Source: Promethearchaeota archaeon (lineage in GTDB: Archaea; Asgardarchaeota; Hermodarchaeia; Hermodarchaeales; Hermodarchaeaceae). From it: a stretch of 64,000 nt of DNA. Of this stretch, positions 18,561-28,965 are shown one piece after another. The notes below the pieces were generated by a model. It did not search any database, was not told where the DNA came from, and worked only from the letters and a program-made list of their open reading frames with translations. A program made the position numbers and the translations under genes. The number at the start of each line of letters is the position of its first letter. Positions within the stretch are counted from its first letter, which is position 1. Location of the stretch: contig JBHLPH010000005.1 in NCBI GenBank assembly GCA_048939625.1, positions 1 through 64,000 on the forward strand. The letters run 5' to 3'.

Positions 18561-19085
18561 CTAGCCGTATTTTCGGATAGCCGGGTTGCCATATTTTTGA
18601 CGGAGTTTTCGATAAAGAAATGGTTCATAGATTCGGTTCGGATTGAGAGGTCCTGAAGATTCATCATTCGAATAGGTTGAACACTCATAAAGAAATGTGG
18701 GTTTTGCTAGCCATTTGAGACGTTCAAGGTTCCCAGCGATTACACTGCTTTTGTTGACCCAAATTACAATTGCTGTATCACAGTCTTCAATCATGTTTCG
18801 TTCTCGTTCACGGAGATCATCGCCATATTTGATATCAGACCAATCACCAGCATTATATCGTAGACTACGGGCATGACCAACGATTACATCTCGGTACTTT
18901 ATTTTGTGAAGATAGTCTTGATAGAGGCGACAAGCGCCTTTCGCTTCGCCCACGATGATTGACATAGTGTGTTTGATGGCAGCATCAATTTGATGCTTTA
19001 CCATCTGGGGAAGTTCAGGCCTCTCGAAGGCTTTGCTACCCATGAGGAGCAACTTCTTCCCTTTACCTAGCAGTATGCCTTCCAA
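18561..19085 (-). CDS. SLOG-superfamily (YspA-like) protein
   Basis: LLMGSK, IIVGEAKGA..LYQDYL, RERNMIEDCD.AIVIW. Confidence 0.5.
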   Translation of the reverse strand: MEGILLGKGKKLLLMGSKAFERPELPQMVKHQIDAAIKHTMSIIVGEAKGACRLYQDYLHKIKYRDVIVGHARSLRYNAGDWSDIKYGDDLRERERNMIEDCDTAIVIWVNKSSVIAGNLERLKWLAKPTFLYECSTYSNDESSGPLNPNRIYEPFLYRKLRQKYGNPAIRKYG

Positions 19086-19230
19086 GTCGATTCACCGTTC
19101 ATGGAGCGTGAGTATTCGAAAAGTGAATTACTTTTAGTATTGTCTCTGTTTCGTTTTATACATTTAAGAAGACTCTTCGTGTAACTACAACAACTAAGAA
19201 TAAGCTTTAGATAATTCTGGGACGATGTAG

Positions 19231-22200
19231 ATGGACATCCACGTTAGGGGTGCACGTGAACACAACTTGAAAAACATCGATATTCAATTCGGTGATGGGC
19301 TTACGGTAGTTACCGGAGTTTCTGGGTCTGGAAAAACATCCTTGGTGTTTGACACAGTATACCATGAAGCCAATCGGCGATTCTTGGATGTTTTTTTGTA
19401 CGGACGTGGAGGCCAACGGCTTAGCCCTGCGAACGTTGAGTCCATCACTGGTCTTGGTCCTGCTATTGCAGTTGGCCAGAATTTACTCAATCGCAATCCG
19501 GGATCCACTCTTGCCACCGCTTCAGGATTGCATCCATTTTTCCGATTACTCTATGCAAATTTTGGAATCCGCTATTGTTTACAGTGTGATGCACCGTTAG
19601 GAGTGCTAACTGAAGATGAAATAATTGAACAATTAACCATGTTATCTAAGAAAGAGTCACTGAAAGTGTATGCACCTCTATTGCAAAATGTCCTTGGAAG
19701 CCATAGAACACTCCTCGCTGCATTGGATGGAGAATTTGAGAAACACCAAATCATTGTAGATGGAACAGAATGGACCGGAAAACCATTAGATGCTTCAAAA
19801 CCTCATTCCATTGAAATCGTTCTTGGATCAATCGATGCGAAATCATCAGTGAAAAAGATACGTGCGTTCACTCAGCAGGCAACTGCTTTGGGTTCTGGTG
19901 CAGTTCAGGTACAAGGACAGCAATTGTCATTAAATCTAACGACGATGCAAATTTGCAGTAGTTGTGGAGAAGGATTTCGAGAGCTACGACCTACCCATTT
20001 CAACCAACCGTGTCCATATTGCAAAAGGAAAGGGTGTGAACGATGTAAATGGACAGGTATGCATCCGCAGGCTGCTTCAGTTCGGTGGGAGGGTTTCCAA
20101 TTACCCGAGTTGCTAGCACTTTCGGTCGAAGAAGCTTGTGAACTCTTTAAGAACATGCCGTTCCCCACGACCGCTAAGCGTTTACATTCGGAGATTCAGC
20201 GACGCTTGGATGCATTAGAACAAGTTGGATTAGGGTATGTCTCGCTGAACCGAGCATCACCCACTCTTTCACGTGGTGAATCCCAACGAGTACGTCTAGC
20301 GATATCATTGTCTAGTCGATTGGAAGATATCATCCATGTCTTGGATGAACCAACGATTGGGCAACATCCTGCAGATATTGCCCGGCTTCTTCCAGCATTT
20401 CGAGATTTAGCGGGTCCAGTGATTTTTGTTGAACATGAGCGAGTTGCTGCTGCGGCAGCTGATCATGCCATTGATTTAGGACCGGGGGCTGGAAAAAGTG
20501 GCGGAGAAATTGTCTTCAACGGGTCTCCTGCTGAATTGTGGCTCGCTGATACTGCAACAGGACAATACTTCAGTCTCCGCGAACGAGTCACAACTCCAAA
20601 GCTACGCCCTAAGCCGGACAGCTTCATTACAATCAAAAAAGCCAACAAACATAATCTGAAGAATATACAGATTTCAATTCCCTTGAAAAGACTTACCGTG
20701 ATTTCAGGAGTATCCGGTTCTGGTAAAAGCACCCTTGTTGAGTATGTCTTAGTTCCCTCGCTTTCCAAAAAGGAAGCTATTGGATGTGAGGAAATTGAAG
20801 GACCAATCATCAAACCAGTCTTAGTGGATCAAAGCCCGATCGGTCGAAATCCACGCTCAAATCCAGCGACATATACAAAGCTAGCGGATATTATCCGTGA
20901 TCTCTTTGCGGAAGCAACCGGCTTATCAAGGTCGCATTTTTCGTTTAATCGTCCTGAGGGCGCTTGTCCTGTCTGTAAGGGTATTGGTGCCAGTGAAGTG
21001 AAAATGCAATATCTCCCATCGATTTGGTTGCCTTGTGAGGGTTGTACTGGACAACGGTTTAGCCCCGAAGTGCTTTCTGCCCATGTTGAATTTAATGGTG
21101 AACAACTCAATATTGCGGATTTCTATGCCCTCCCAATTGCTGAAATCGATGAGAAACTCAGCAAATCGAGATACCTCACTCCTGCGAAACGGGAAGCCGC
21201 ACAGCGTATTCTCGAAGCCCTCATGGATGTGGGGCTGGGATATTTAGAACTTGGTCAACCGTCTCCCACACTTTCAGGAGGAGAGGCCCAACGTATCAAA
21301 CTCACTAAGTATCTAGGGCGAAACAGGCTAACGAACCAACTCCTTGTGCTTGATGAACCTTCTACTGGACTCCATCCCAAAGATCTCAACGGACTCTTGG
21401 CTGTATTAGATCGGTTGGTTCAACATGGAGCAACAATTGTCGTTGTTGAGCATAATACCGATTTCATGCGGGCTGCCGATTGGATTATTGACCTTGGACC
21501 AGGTGCCGGACCTCGGGGAGGTGAGGTTCTCTACGAGGGGGAACCAGCTCAGCTTGAATCAGTTGACTCCTCTTTGACTGGACAGACGTTGAAGACTGAG
21601 ACTAAAGTACACCCACGAAAAACTGCCAAGAAAAAAGTTCGAGACCAAGTACCAGTAATTAAAATACGAAACGCACGGGTAAATAACTTGAAAGGAATTG
21701 ATGTCGATATTCCAAAAGACTCTCTGACCGTGGTGACGGGAGTTTCAGGTTCTGGCAAATCGAGTTTGGTTCAAGATATCTTGCAAGCGGAAGCACGACG
21801 GAGATACTTAGAGACGCTTTCAATGTATGAACGCCAAGGCATCCGTGAAGGAGCTGAAGCAATTGTCGATTCAATTATGGGACTTGGTGTTACACTAACT
21901 GTTACTGCGCACCGAGCCCACCTTTGGAGTCAAATTCCCCAATTTACTCGACGAAATAGTGTGGGGGAGTTAACAGAAATTAGTGCTCATCTAGCCAACC
22001 TTTTTTCAGCTTTGGGAAAACGCCGATGCATGAAATGCGGTGCTGACATGCAACGTGATGACCAATGGCAATGCCCTGAATGTCACGTCACTGCTCAGAT
22101 TGCGAAGCCCCAGCATTTTTCTTCAGCCCATTGGGTAAGCTCCTGTGAGAAGTGTGATGGGTTAGGAATTTTACGCCTCCCCCAGCCTGAGAAGCTCATT

Positions 22201-24159
22201 ATAAATCCGGAGAAACCACTTTGCGCGGGGGCGATGTATTCACCTGGTTACTGGCCTAAGACCTACCTCTGTAAAGATCAGCCCATAATCTCCGAATTAG
22301 GGAAGCGATATGGATTTGACCCCTTCAAAACACCTTGGAACAAAATGTCAAAAGAGGCTCAAGATGTTTTCTTTTACGGAGATGGCGAAACCTATCATTT
22401 CACATACATCAGTAAATCCACCGGGCGCTGGAAAGGAAAAGAAAGACAAACCAAGTGGAAGTGGAAAGGATTCTACCAAGATGAGAGCTGGCTATTCCAC
22501 TATGATATCCATGGAACATACACAAAGGAGGTTACCTGCCCCGAATGCCAAGGTGCAGGTTTGCACCCAGAATTTCTCGCGGTCACCCTTGAAGGAAAGA
22601 ATATATTTGAACTCAGTGAACTCCCTCTAACTCAGCTGGAATCAATTCTTTCTCAACTTCCTCCGATTCCCGATGATATTCCGCTGGTTGAAACAAGCCT
22701 TGCAACCATTCATCGCCGTTTACGATTCTTGCGCCAAGTTGGAATAGGCTATCTGCATTTGAACCGGCCCATAGGTACATTATCAGTAGGTGAAGCCCAA
22801 CGCATTCAACTAGCAAGTCTCTTAGGAAGTGACCTAACCTCGATAACGATTCTCGTCGATGAACCTTCAAGAGGTATGCATCCATCCGAGCTAGAAGCAC
22901 TCCTTGAAGCCTTACAGGAACTCCGAGATGAAGGCAATACAATAATCGTTGTCGAACATGATCTCCTCCTTATTCGAGCTGCGGATCATGTGATTGATTT
23001 GGGACCAAAAGCTGGAGCACTTGGAGGAGAAGTTGTCGCAGAAGGAACTCCATCCGATATTATTCAAGCAAACACAATTACCGGAAAATGGTTACGTAGC
23101 GAAAATGTTCGGTCTGGCTCACTAGAAAAGGGTCTAATACAATGGATGGATACGAGTCGAAGATGGCTACCTCAAAATTGGATGACTGTGAAAGGTGCTT
23201 GTGAAAATAATTTGAAAGGCAGCGAAGTCAGATTTCCACTCAATGCATTTACAGGTGTCTGTGGTGTCTCTGGTTCTGGGAAAAGTACACTCCTCATTGA
23301 TACTGTGGGTCGAGCACTCTTCAAACAACTCCATTCATCGTCCTTTGCGCGAGAGCCTCTTGAACCGGGTGCCCATGATTCCATAACAGGTCAGCCAAAG
23401 CGTTGTATTATTGTGGACCAGTCCCGGCGGGGTATTCGGAGCCCAGCAAGTTTCCTTAATCTATTAAAGCCTATGGCGAAGATTTTCATTGAAAGTGATG
23501 ATGCTCAAGCCTTAGGACTAGGCGAAAAGGATCTTACAGGTGGCTGTTCAGCTTGTAAGGGAAGGGGAATGCTGAGACTTGACATGGGGTTTCTACCAAA
23601 TGAACTAGTGGAATGTGAAACTTGCAGAGGTACTGGATATCGACCCGAAGCATGGAATGTACATGTTAGGGGAATTACTCTCCCTGAACTCAATCAACTG
23701 ACACTAGACGAAATCTATGAACAGTTCAAGGATGAATCACAGATCGCGAATTCACTTAAACTAGCGAAAGAAGTAGGGTTAGGATATCTAGTGTGGAATC
23801 AGCGAAGCTATACATTATCAGGAGGAGAGATTCAACGACTCAAAATTGCCAAGGAGCTCCAAAAGAAAACCAAGGAACCAACTCTTTACATTCTGGATGA
23901 ACCATCGGTTGGTCTTCACATGGAAGATGTCGCCCAACTGATTACCGTCTTGCATAGACTCGTTGATGCTGGACACACCGTGATCGTCGTAGAACATCAC
24001 CCCCATATTCTAGCAGCATGTGATTGGATTGTTGAGCTGGGACCTGGAGGTGGCCCTGATGGAGGAAAAATTATCGCAGAAGGCCCCCCAGAGGCTGTAG
24101 CAGAATCTGATACGCCAACTGCCCCATATCTTCGAGAAATTCTGGAGGGAAAAGAATGA
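19231..24159 (+). CDS. uvrA: Double-length UvrA-like ABC ATPase with four nucleotide-binding domains
   Basis: Four GVSGSGK Walker A motifs, four LSxGE signatures, four (L/V)DEP Walker B motifs, GA..HNLK strands and several CxxC pairs. Confidence 0.85.
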   Translation: MDIHVRGAREHNLKNIDIQFGDGLTVVTGVSGSGKTSLVFDTVYHEANRRFLDVFLYGRGGQRLSPANVESITGLGPAIAVGQNLLNRNPGSTLATASGLHPFFRLLYANFGIRYCLQCDAPLGVLTEDEIIEQLTMLSKKESLKVYAPLLQNVLGSHRTLLAALDGEFEKHQIIVDGTEWTGKPLDASKPHSIEIVLGSIDAKSSVKKIRAFTQQATALGSGAVQVQGQQLSLNLTTMQICSSCGEGFRELRPTHFNQPCPYCKRKGCERCKWTGMHPQAASVRWEGFQLPELLALSVEEACELFKNMPFPTTAKRLHSEIQRRLDALEQVGLGYVSLNRASPTLSRGESQRVRLAISLSSRLEDIIHVLDEPTIGQHPADIARLLPAFRDLAGPVIFVEHERVAAAAADHAIDLGPGAGKSGGEIVFNGSPAELWLADTATGQYFSLRERVTTPKLRPKPDSFITIKKANKHNLKNIQISIPLKRLTVISGVSGSGKSTLVEYVLVPSLSKKEAIGCEEIEGPIIKPVLVDQSPIGRNPRSNPATYTKLADIIRDLFAEATGLSRSHFSFNRPEGACPVCKGIGASEVKMQYLPSIWLPCEGCTGQRFSPEVLSAHVEFNGEQLNIADFYALPIAEIDEKLSKSRYLTPAKREAAQRILEALMDVGLGYLELGQPSPTLSGGEAQRIKLTKYLGRNRLTNQLLVLDEPSTGLHPKDLNGLLAVLDRLVQHGATIVVVEHNTDFMRAADWIIDLGPGAGPRGGEVLYEGEPAQLESVDSSLTGQTLKTETKVHPRKTAKKKVRDQVPVIKIRNARVNNLKGIDVDIPKDSLTVVTGVSGSGKSSLVQDILQAEARRRYLETLSMYERQGIREGAEAIVDSIMGLGVTLTVTAHRAHLWSQIPQFTRRNSVGELTEISAHLANLFSALGKRRCMKCGADMQRDDQWQCPECHVTAQIAKPQHFSSAHWVSSCEKCDGLGILRLPQPEKLIINPEKPLCAGAMYSPGYWPKTYLCKDQPIISELGKRYGFDPFKTPWNKMSKEAQDVFFYGDGETYHFTYISKSTGRWKGKERQTKWKWKGFYQDESWLFHYDIHGTYTKEVTCPECQGAGLHPEFLAVTLEGKNIFELSELPLTQLESILSQLPPIPDDIPLVETSLATIHRRLRFLRQVGIGYLHLNRPIGTLSVGEAQRIQLASLLGSDLTSITILVDEPSRGMHPSELEALLEALQELRDEGNTIIVVEHDLLLIRAADHVIDLGPKAGALGGEVVAEGTPSDIIQANTITGKWLRSENVRSGSLEKGLIQWMDTSRRWLPQNWMTVKGACENNLKGSEVRFPLNAFTGVCGVSGSGKSTLLIDTVGRALFKQLHSSSFAREPLEPGAHDSITGQPKRCIIVDQSRRGIRSPASFLNLLKPMAKIFIESDDAQALGLGEKDLTGGCSACKGRGMLRLDMGFLPNELVECETCRGTGYRPEAWNVHVRGITLPELNQLTLDEIYEQFKDESQIANSLKLAKEVGLGYLVWNQRSYTLSGGEIQRLKIAKELQKKTKEPTLYILDEPSVGLHMEDVAQLITVLHRLVDAGHTVIVVEHHPHILAACDWIVELGPGGGPDGGKIIAEGPPEAVAESDTPTAPYLREILEGKE

Positions 24160-25199
24160 CTTGGATACCGCTTCTCCTTGCAGATCCTTCGCCAAGTCTG
24201 CGCCTTCTGGTGCTTCGCGATTTATTACACCGTTCCAAATCAGATCCTGAAGTTGAAGAGTTACGAAAACTCCAACCCAATGATCCACGTGTGCAAGCTT
24301 TCCTCGCCCTGCAGGACAAGGATGGTTCTTTCAGACCTGGTGAAGGCGGTGGAGCTGTCTTGGGACGTATTCGAATGACCGCCCAAGCGCTGATGGGATT
24401 AGGATATTTCGGGATTGATTCTAAGCATCCAGCAATCAAACGTGGAGCAGAATTCCTCTTTTCCCAACAGCAAGCTGATGGCGCATTCCCACTAATCACA
24501 CAGGGTGCCGTGCTTGATGGTGCTCGATCTGCTGACGTTAAATATCATGCAATACCCGTTCAGACAGCTTTACCACTATTAGGACTAGCATGGGCGGGAT
24601 ACGCCACTGATAGACGTGCAGAAGCCGCTTATGAATGGTTACTCCAAGAAGAACTCCCTGATGGTGGCTGGCCCTCTGGTCGGCATAGGGATAAACTCAT
24701 TTTTGCTGCCGGTTATCGACGATTACCCCACTCAAAATTTGGATGTCGTACTAATACCACTGCTGCTGTGAGTGCTTTAGCGTTACATCCGTCGCGAAGA
24801 AGAAGTGAACCAGCTCGCCGCGGATTGGATAAACTTCTGGCGCAAGAACAGCGCCAAGCCCATACGCTAGGTTTTGAAGTCGCCCGTATTGTGGGCGCTG
24901 AACCCCCACGAGGTGGCTTTACGTATTTCAAACGATACGATGTAGGACAGATGCTTGATTTATCCTGGCGGATTGGAGCGAACCTCGACGATCCACGTGT
25001 TGCAGAAAACGTGAAATTTGTCAAAGATTTGCAGGGACCTTATGGTCTTTGGAAGTACGAACGTTATCCCGAATTATCTCACTGGGTCACATTTGACCTA
25101 CTTCGCTCCTTAACAAGGCTAGACCAAGAAAGTGACTGGCTAAGTAAGGAACCCCGAACACCCTTCCAAACGTATCCGAAGAAACCTCGTCGATTTTAG
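24156..25199 (+). CDS. Prenyltransferase/squalene-cyclase-repeat (alpha/alpha barrel) protein
   Basis: QW-like motifs QDKDGSF, QQADGAF, LPDGGW, QGPYGLW; ATGA overlap with the UvrA-like gene. Confidence 0.7.
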   Translation: MTWIPLLLADPSPSLRLLVLRDLLHRSKSDPEVEELRKLQPNDPRVQAFLALQDKDGSFRPGEGGGAVLGRIRMTAQALMGLGYFGIDSKHPAIKRGAEFLFSQQQADGAFPLITQGAVLDGARSADVKYHAIPVQTALPLLGLAWAGYATDRRAEAAYEWLLQEELPDGGWPSGRHRDKLIFAAGYRRLPHSKFGCRTNTTAAVSALALHPSRRRSEPARRGLDKLLAQEQRQAHTLGFEVARIVGAEPPRGGFTYFKRYDVGQMLDLSWRIGANLDDPRVAENVKFVKDLQGPYGLWKYERYPELSHWVTFDLLRSLTRLDQESDWLSKEPRTPFQTYPKKPRRF

Positions 25200-25264
25200 G
25201 AAAAATTGAATCATACTGGAATTCGAATTGAGTTCATATATCTCATCAGTAGAAAAGGAGTGGA

Positions 25265-25831
25265 CTAAGGACTCGTAGTGTCCAGGGTTTTGTGCAGAAT
25301 TTCCTTCGTAAAGGCTTTTACGTTTTCTAAATCTTTGGTATCTGGGTGCATTTTTAATTCTAGTTGATATTCTTTCCATTCTTCATCGTCAACAATGATT
25401 TCTTTATGGATAAATACCTCAATCGGTCCAGAAGCGGCACCCATGCAGTGAAAATATCCTAGGAAATCAATTTCCTTTTGCTGACATGTACGTTCAAATG
25501 TGGGGACGCACCTACCTGCCCAATTTTCGAAAAGTGCTTTTCGCCTAGCAGTGTCTTCCGGTGTATAGGTTGCATGGGTGAAAAAGCCTGCAAGTTTGAA
25601 CCTAGGATTATGAGGGAGCTTTTCTAAGAACCGTTTAAATGGACGCGCAAGATCTGTATCCTGACAGGCTGAACCAACAAAAATCAGGTCATATTTTTTT
25701 AGCTCATCAACTACGATTTTCTGGATCGGTTTAATTTCAGCTTCATTCTTGCTTGATGCCACTTCGTGTATTTTTTGAGCTATTTGCTTTGTATTCCCGG
25801 TTTCACTATAGTAGCCAACAAGAATTTTCAT
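25265..25831 (-). CDS. Flavodoxin-family protein
   Basis: MKILVGYYSETGNT..IA, YDLIFVGS, AGFFTH; start reassigned to ATG 25831. Confidence 0.8.
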   Translation of the reverse strand: MKILVGYYSETGNTKQIAQKIHEVASSKNEAEIKPIQKIVVDELKKYDLIFVGSACQDTDLARPFKRFLEKLPHNPRFKLAGFFTHATYTPEDTARRKALFENWAGRCVPTFERTCQQKEIDFLGYFHCMGAASGPIEVFIHKEIIVDDEEWKEYQLELKMHPDTKDLENVKAFTKEILHKTLDTTSP

Positions 25832-25875
25832 GAAGGCACATGCAAGTTGCACGTTAATAAATCCCCACAGTTTGG

Positions 25876-26802
25876 CTAGTCGTTGGGTCCTTGATCCCAA
25901 TATGCTGCATCTACCCACCGACTAGCGAACTGATCGGCATCTTTAGGATAAGTAAAATCTAATTTTTCAGCAACCTCTTTGGCCATCCACCGAAACAGTT
26001 GCATCGTATTTGCGAGGGCCTGCCAGACATCCTCTTCATCATAATGTGCAAAAACTCCTCTTAATTCTGCGATAATCCGAGGATCTGCCCATCGTTCCAT
26101 GAAGCGTCCGCGGAACCAAGTGTCGTAGCCGTGGAAGTGAACGAGGCGAGCATGCCATTCAATCATTGGTAAAAGGCACCGTCCCTTCATGAAGCAATCG
26201 AGACAAGCTTTCCCTTCCCATAGTTCACCACGTCGGATTTTCTTTGCGGCCCATACAGTATGATACCAGAAATCCTTGACGCGTTCAAGATATTCATGTT
26301 CTGTGGGAGGACCTGCTTTCGGTATTTTGATAGCCTTGTATTCCTTGAGAAAATTAGTCATTAGTTTGTCTTTGTCAATAAGTACTCGAATTCCCCGACC
26401 AATTACGTTTGCAGTCTCTTCAACAAGTTCGGGTGTAATCCCATTCTTTTTGGCTTTAAGCATTAGTTCAAATGGGTCAACCGCAAAATCCACGTCTAAG
26501 CCATTATTGTATAAAACCCGTCGTTCGTAGCTTTCGCCTGACCCTCCCGCAGTTGGTTCAATGAAGGTTATTACCGGATTACCAAATTTGTTTACCCAAT
26601 CTTCTGAATCAATGAGTTTGCCAGGATCTGTAGAAAAGATTACGATATCGAGATCCGACCACTGATCCGCGGGTGCCATCTTTCGCGCTCGAGATCCAAC
26701 AACCATGGCAAGACGGATATGGTCTTGAGTTTTTGCCCACTTGGTGAACTGTGTTTCGACATGTTTATAGAATTTTGTTGTTTCTTCCTTTGTTAAAATC
26801 AT
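25876..26802 (-). CDS. Aminoglycoside 6-adenylyltransferase-like (AadK/ANT(6)) nucleotidyltransferase
   Basis: VGSRAR...DQWSDLD, LDVDF, RVLIDKD, KKIRRGELW, GRFMERW. Confidence 0.8.
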   Translation of the reverse strand: MILTKEETTKFYKHVETQFTKWAKTQDHIRLAMVVGSRARKMAPADQWSDLDIVIFSTDPGKLIDSEDWVNKFGNPVITFIEPTAGGSGESYERRVLYNNGLDVDFAVDPFELMLKAKKNGITPELVEETANVIGRGIRVLIDKDKLMTNFLKEYKAIKIPKAGPPTEHEYLERVKDFWYHTVWAAKKIRRGELWEGKACLDCFMKGRCLLPMIEWHARLVHFHGYDTWFRGRFMERWADPRIIAELRGVFAHYDEEDVWQALANTMQLFRWMAKEVAEKLDFTYPKDADQFASRWVDAAYWDQGPND

Positions 26803-27953
26803 TTCATCACCTTCACATCAGAATCGATGTCAAAATATTTTCCCAACCTTTGTGTCTCGGCTTCTACCTCTTCGAGCTGCGATTTTGTGAGAGTTCTAAA
26901 CGGTTCTGCGGTGATAGTAATTTTCTTTGCTGTGCGTTTCTGTTTCCAAGTTCCAATCGCCGTTCCGTCTTGCAGTATAACTGGGGCAATCCAAGCGGCT
27001 TTTTTGAATACAAGCTTATAGTGAGCTTTATCAACGATGTGGACTTTATTTTTGTGCCCGAGGAGAAAGACATCAAAGTGCGAGAGGAGCCGCAGTGGAC
27101 GAGAATCAGTCGTCGTATTGATGAGAGCATCCAAGTCTGATTGGGGAATCCAATGTGATTTCCCATTTACCGTGATTTGGGCTAGTTGAGAGAGATTTCG
27201 TTCCCAAATTGCTTTAATTGGTGTCATTTTGAGACCCGACCATGCAGCGAAATCTTGTGGCGTGGCAGGCCCATAGCATTTGAGGAAGTATAGTAAGATC
27301 GTATTTTCCGCAGGTTCCTTCTCCAAAAACGGTTGTTTGTCAAGCCATTGTTCGGTGAGAACCAATGTTGCTTTACCTTCTAAATCTGGACCAAAGCAAA
27401 CTTTGCCCTCATAAGCTAGAAGCTTTGTTACGATATAATAGCCAGTATCAACCCACGGTCGGGCTTCTGGACCCACTTCCTCGGCAACAATATTAGCCAC
27501 TTCATCTCGAGTTGCTGGACCTGCTGCGAGAGCCTTTGTAACTGCGGATAGGATAGCTTCGAAATCGTGTTGTGATGGATCAAACTTAGCTACTTCACCA
27601 AACTCTCGAATCCCCCGTTTCGCGAGCCATTTTTTGTGTCTGGGAATTCGTGGTTCAATTATTGCTTTCAGGTAGGCTGGAAACTGGGATGTTGGGAGGT
27701 AATGAGCAGTTCCTCGCATACACCACGTTCGCACAAGGGTTTTTGTGGTCCAAAGAGCAGTGTTGACATCTTCAGGTTTTAGGTCTTGAATTCGTGACCA
27801 GAGTTGAAGGCTTGCGGCTTTTGGCATTTGCGCTTGGATGCCACACACCTGAGTGGCAACCAAGTCAATATCCTTCTTACTCGCTCTTTGGGTGAGAAAT
27901 TGTTGATCCATTCGGAATCCATTCACCTGCGCCTGTGTGATTTCAATGGTCAT
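26799..27953 (-). CDS. AlkZ/YcaQ-family (HTH_42) DNA glycosylase
   Basis: CGIQAQ (QxQ motif), RTWCMRGTAH, YGPATPQDFAAWSG, RLLSHFD.FLLGH. Confidence 0.85.
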   Translation of the reverse strand: MTIEITQAQVNGFRMDQQFLTQRASKKDIDLVATQVCGIQAQMPKAASLQLWSRIQDLKPEDVNTALWTTKTLVRTWCMRGTAHYLPTSQFPAYLKAIIEPRIPRHKKWLAKRGIREFGEVAKFDPSQHDFEAILSAVTKALAAGPATRDEVANIVAEEVGPEARPWVDTGYYIVTKLLAYEGKVCFGPDLEGKATLVLTEQWLDKQPFLEKEPAENTILLYFLKCYGPATPQDFAAWSGLKMTPIKAIWERNLSQLAQITVNGKSHWIPQSDLDALINTTTDSRPLRLLSHFDVFLLGHKNKVHIVDKAHYKLVFKKAAWIAPVILQDGTAIGTWKQKRTAKKITITAEPFRTLTKSQLEEVEAETQRLGKYFDIDSDVKVMK

Positions 27954-28098
27954 TTTGGAACCTCAGAAAAGGCAATTCATAGACCGTAGACTTCTGGAAT
28001 TCAAAGATTTTGTGTTATTCTACATCTTTATGAATGGAGCAACTTTTATTGTAGACGAAACGCTATTATGAAACCTATCAAAGGTTTTGTGAATAGCC

Positions 28099-28866
28099 AT
28101 GCCCTCTTCACGGATTGCCTGTGTCCATTCAGATACTGATCGAGCCTCTAAAGCCTTTGACACATTGAAAGCAAAATATGATTTTGTATCCGTTGAGGAT
28201 GCCGAAATAATTGTTGCACTTGGTGGTGATGGCTTCATGCTCCGATGTTTCCACCAATATGTGAATCAAGATGTCCACCTATACGGCATGAATCGGGGGA
28301 CGATTGGATTTCTCCTCAACAAATACAAAGAAGAAGGCTTACTGGAACGCATCAAGGTAGCGAAAGAAGAACAGATCTATCCGTTGAAAATGGAAGCACA
28401 AACTGCAGATAAGAAGACGCATCATGCCATTGGATTCAACGAGGTTGCCATCATCCGTCAAGCGCAGCAATCGGCGCATATCCGGGTCTCGGTAAACGGA
28501 AAGGTGCGACTTGAAAGACTCATTTGCGATGGTATTCTTGTAGCTACGCCCGCAGGCAGTACAGCTTACAATCTGTCAGCAAGAGGTCCAATTATCCCGA
28601 TTGGGTCGAATGTGCTGGCTTTAACACCGCTAAATCCTTTCCGCCCAAGGCGATGGACTGGAGCCCTTCTTCCTCAGACCGTCACTGTTGATTTCGAGAT
28701 ACTTGACTCCATCAACCGGCCTGTCTCAGTATCTGCGGATTTTGATGAAGTGAAATTCCCCCTTACTGTGCGGGTTCAAGAAGATCGCTCTCAGTTTGTT
28801 AAGGTCTTATTCGATGGTGGACATTCATTGGAAGAAAGGATAATCCAAGAACAATTCATTCAATGA
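28099..28866 (+). CDS. nadK: NAD kinase
   Basis: ALGGDG, G.NRGTIGFL, FNE, DGILVATPAGSTAYNLSARGP. Confidence 0.92.
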   Translation: MPSSRIACVHSDTDRASKAFDTLKAKYDFVSVEDAEIIVALGGDGFMLRCFHQYVNQDVHLYGMNRGTIGFLLNKYKEEGLLERIKVAKEEQIYPLKMEAQTADKKTHHAIGFNEVAIIRQAQQSAHIRVSVNGKVRLERLICDGILVATPAGSTAYNLSARGPIIPIGSNVLALTPLNPFRPRRWTGALLPQTVTVDFEILDSINRPVSVSADFDEVKFPLTVRVQEDRSQFVKVLFDGGHSLEERIIQEQFIQ

Positions 28867-28965
28867 GCCCAGATAGTGATTCTCTAAAACCGTATCATAA
28901 GCACAAAAGCTAATTATAGAAACTCAGTATATCTGAAGTCTACTCAGAGCATCTGAGGCGTTCAT

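Noticed and set aside
24156-25199. Functional squalene-hopene cyclase
   Set aside because: About half the expected length and no DxDD protonation motif
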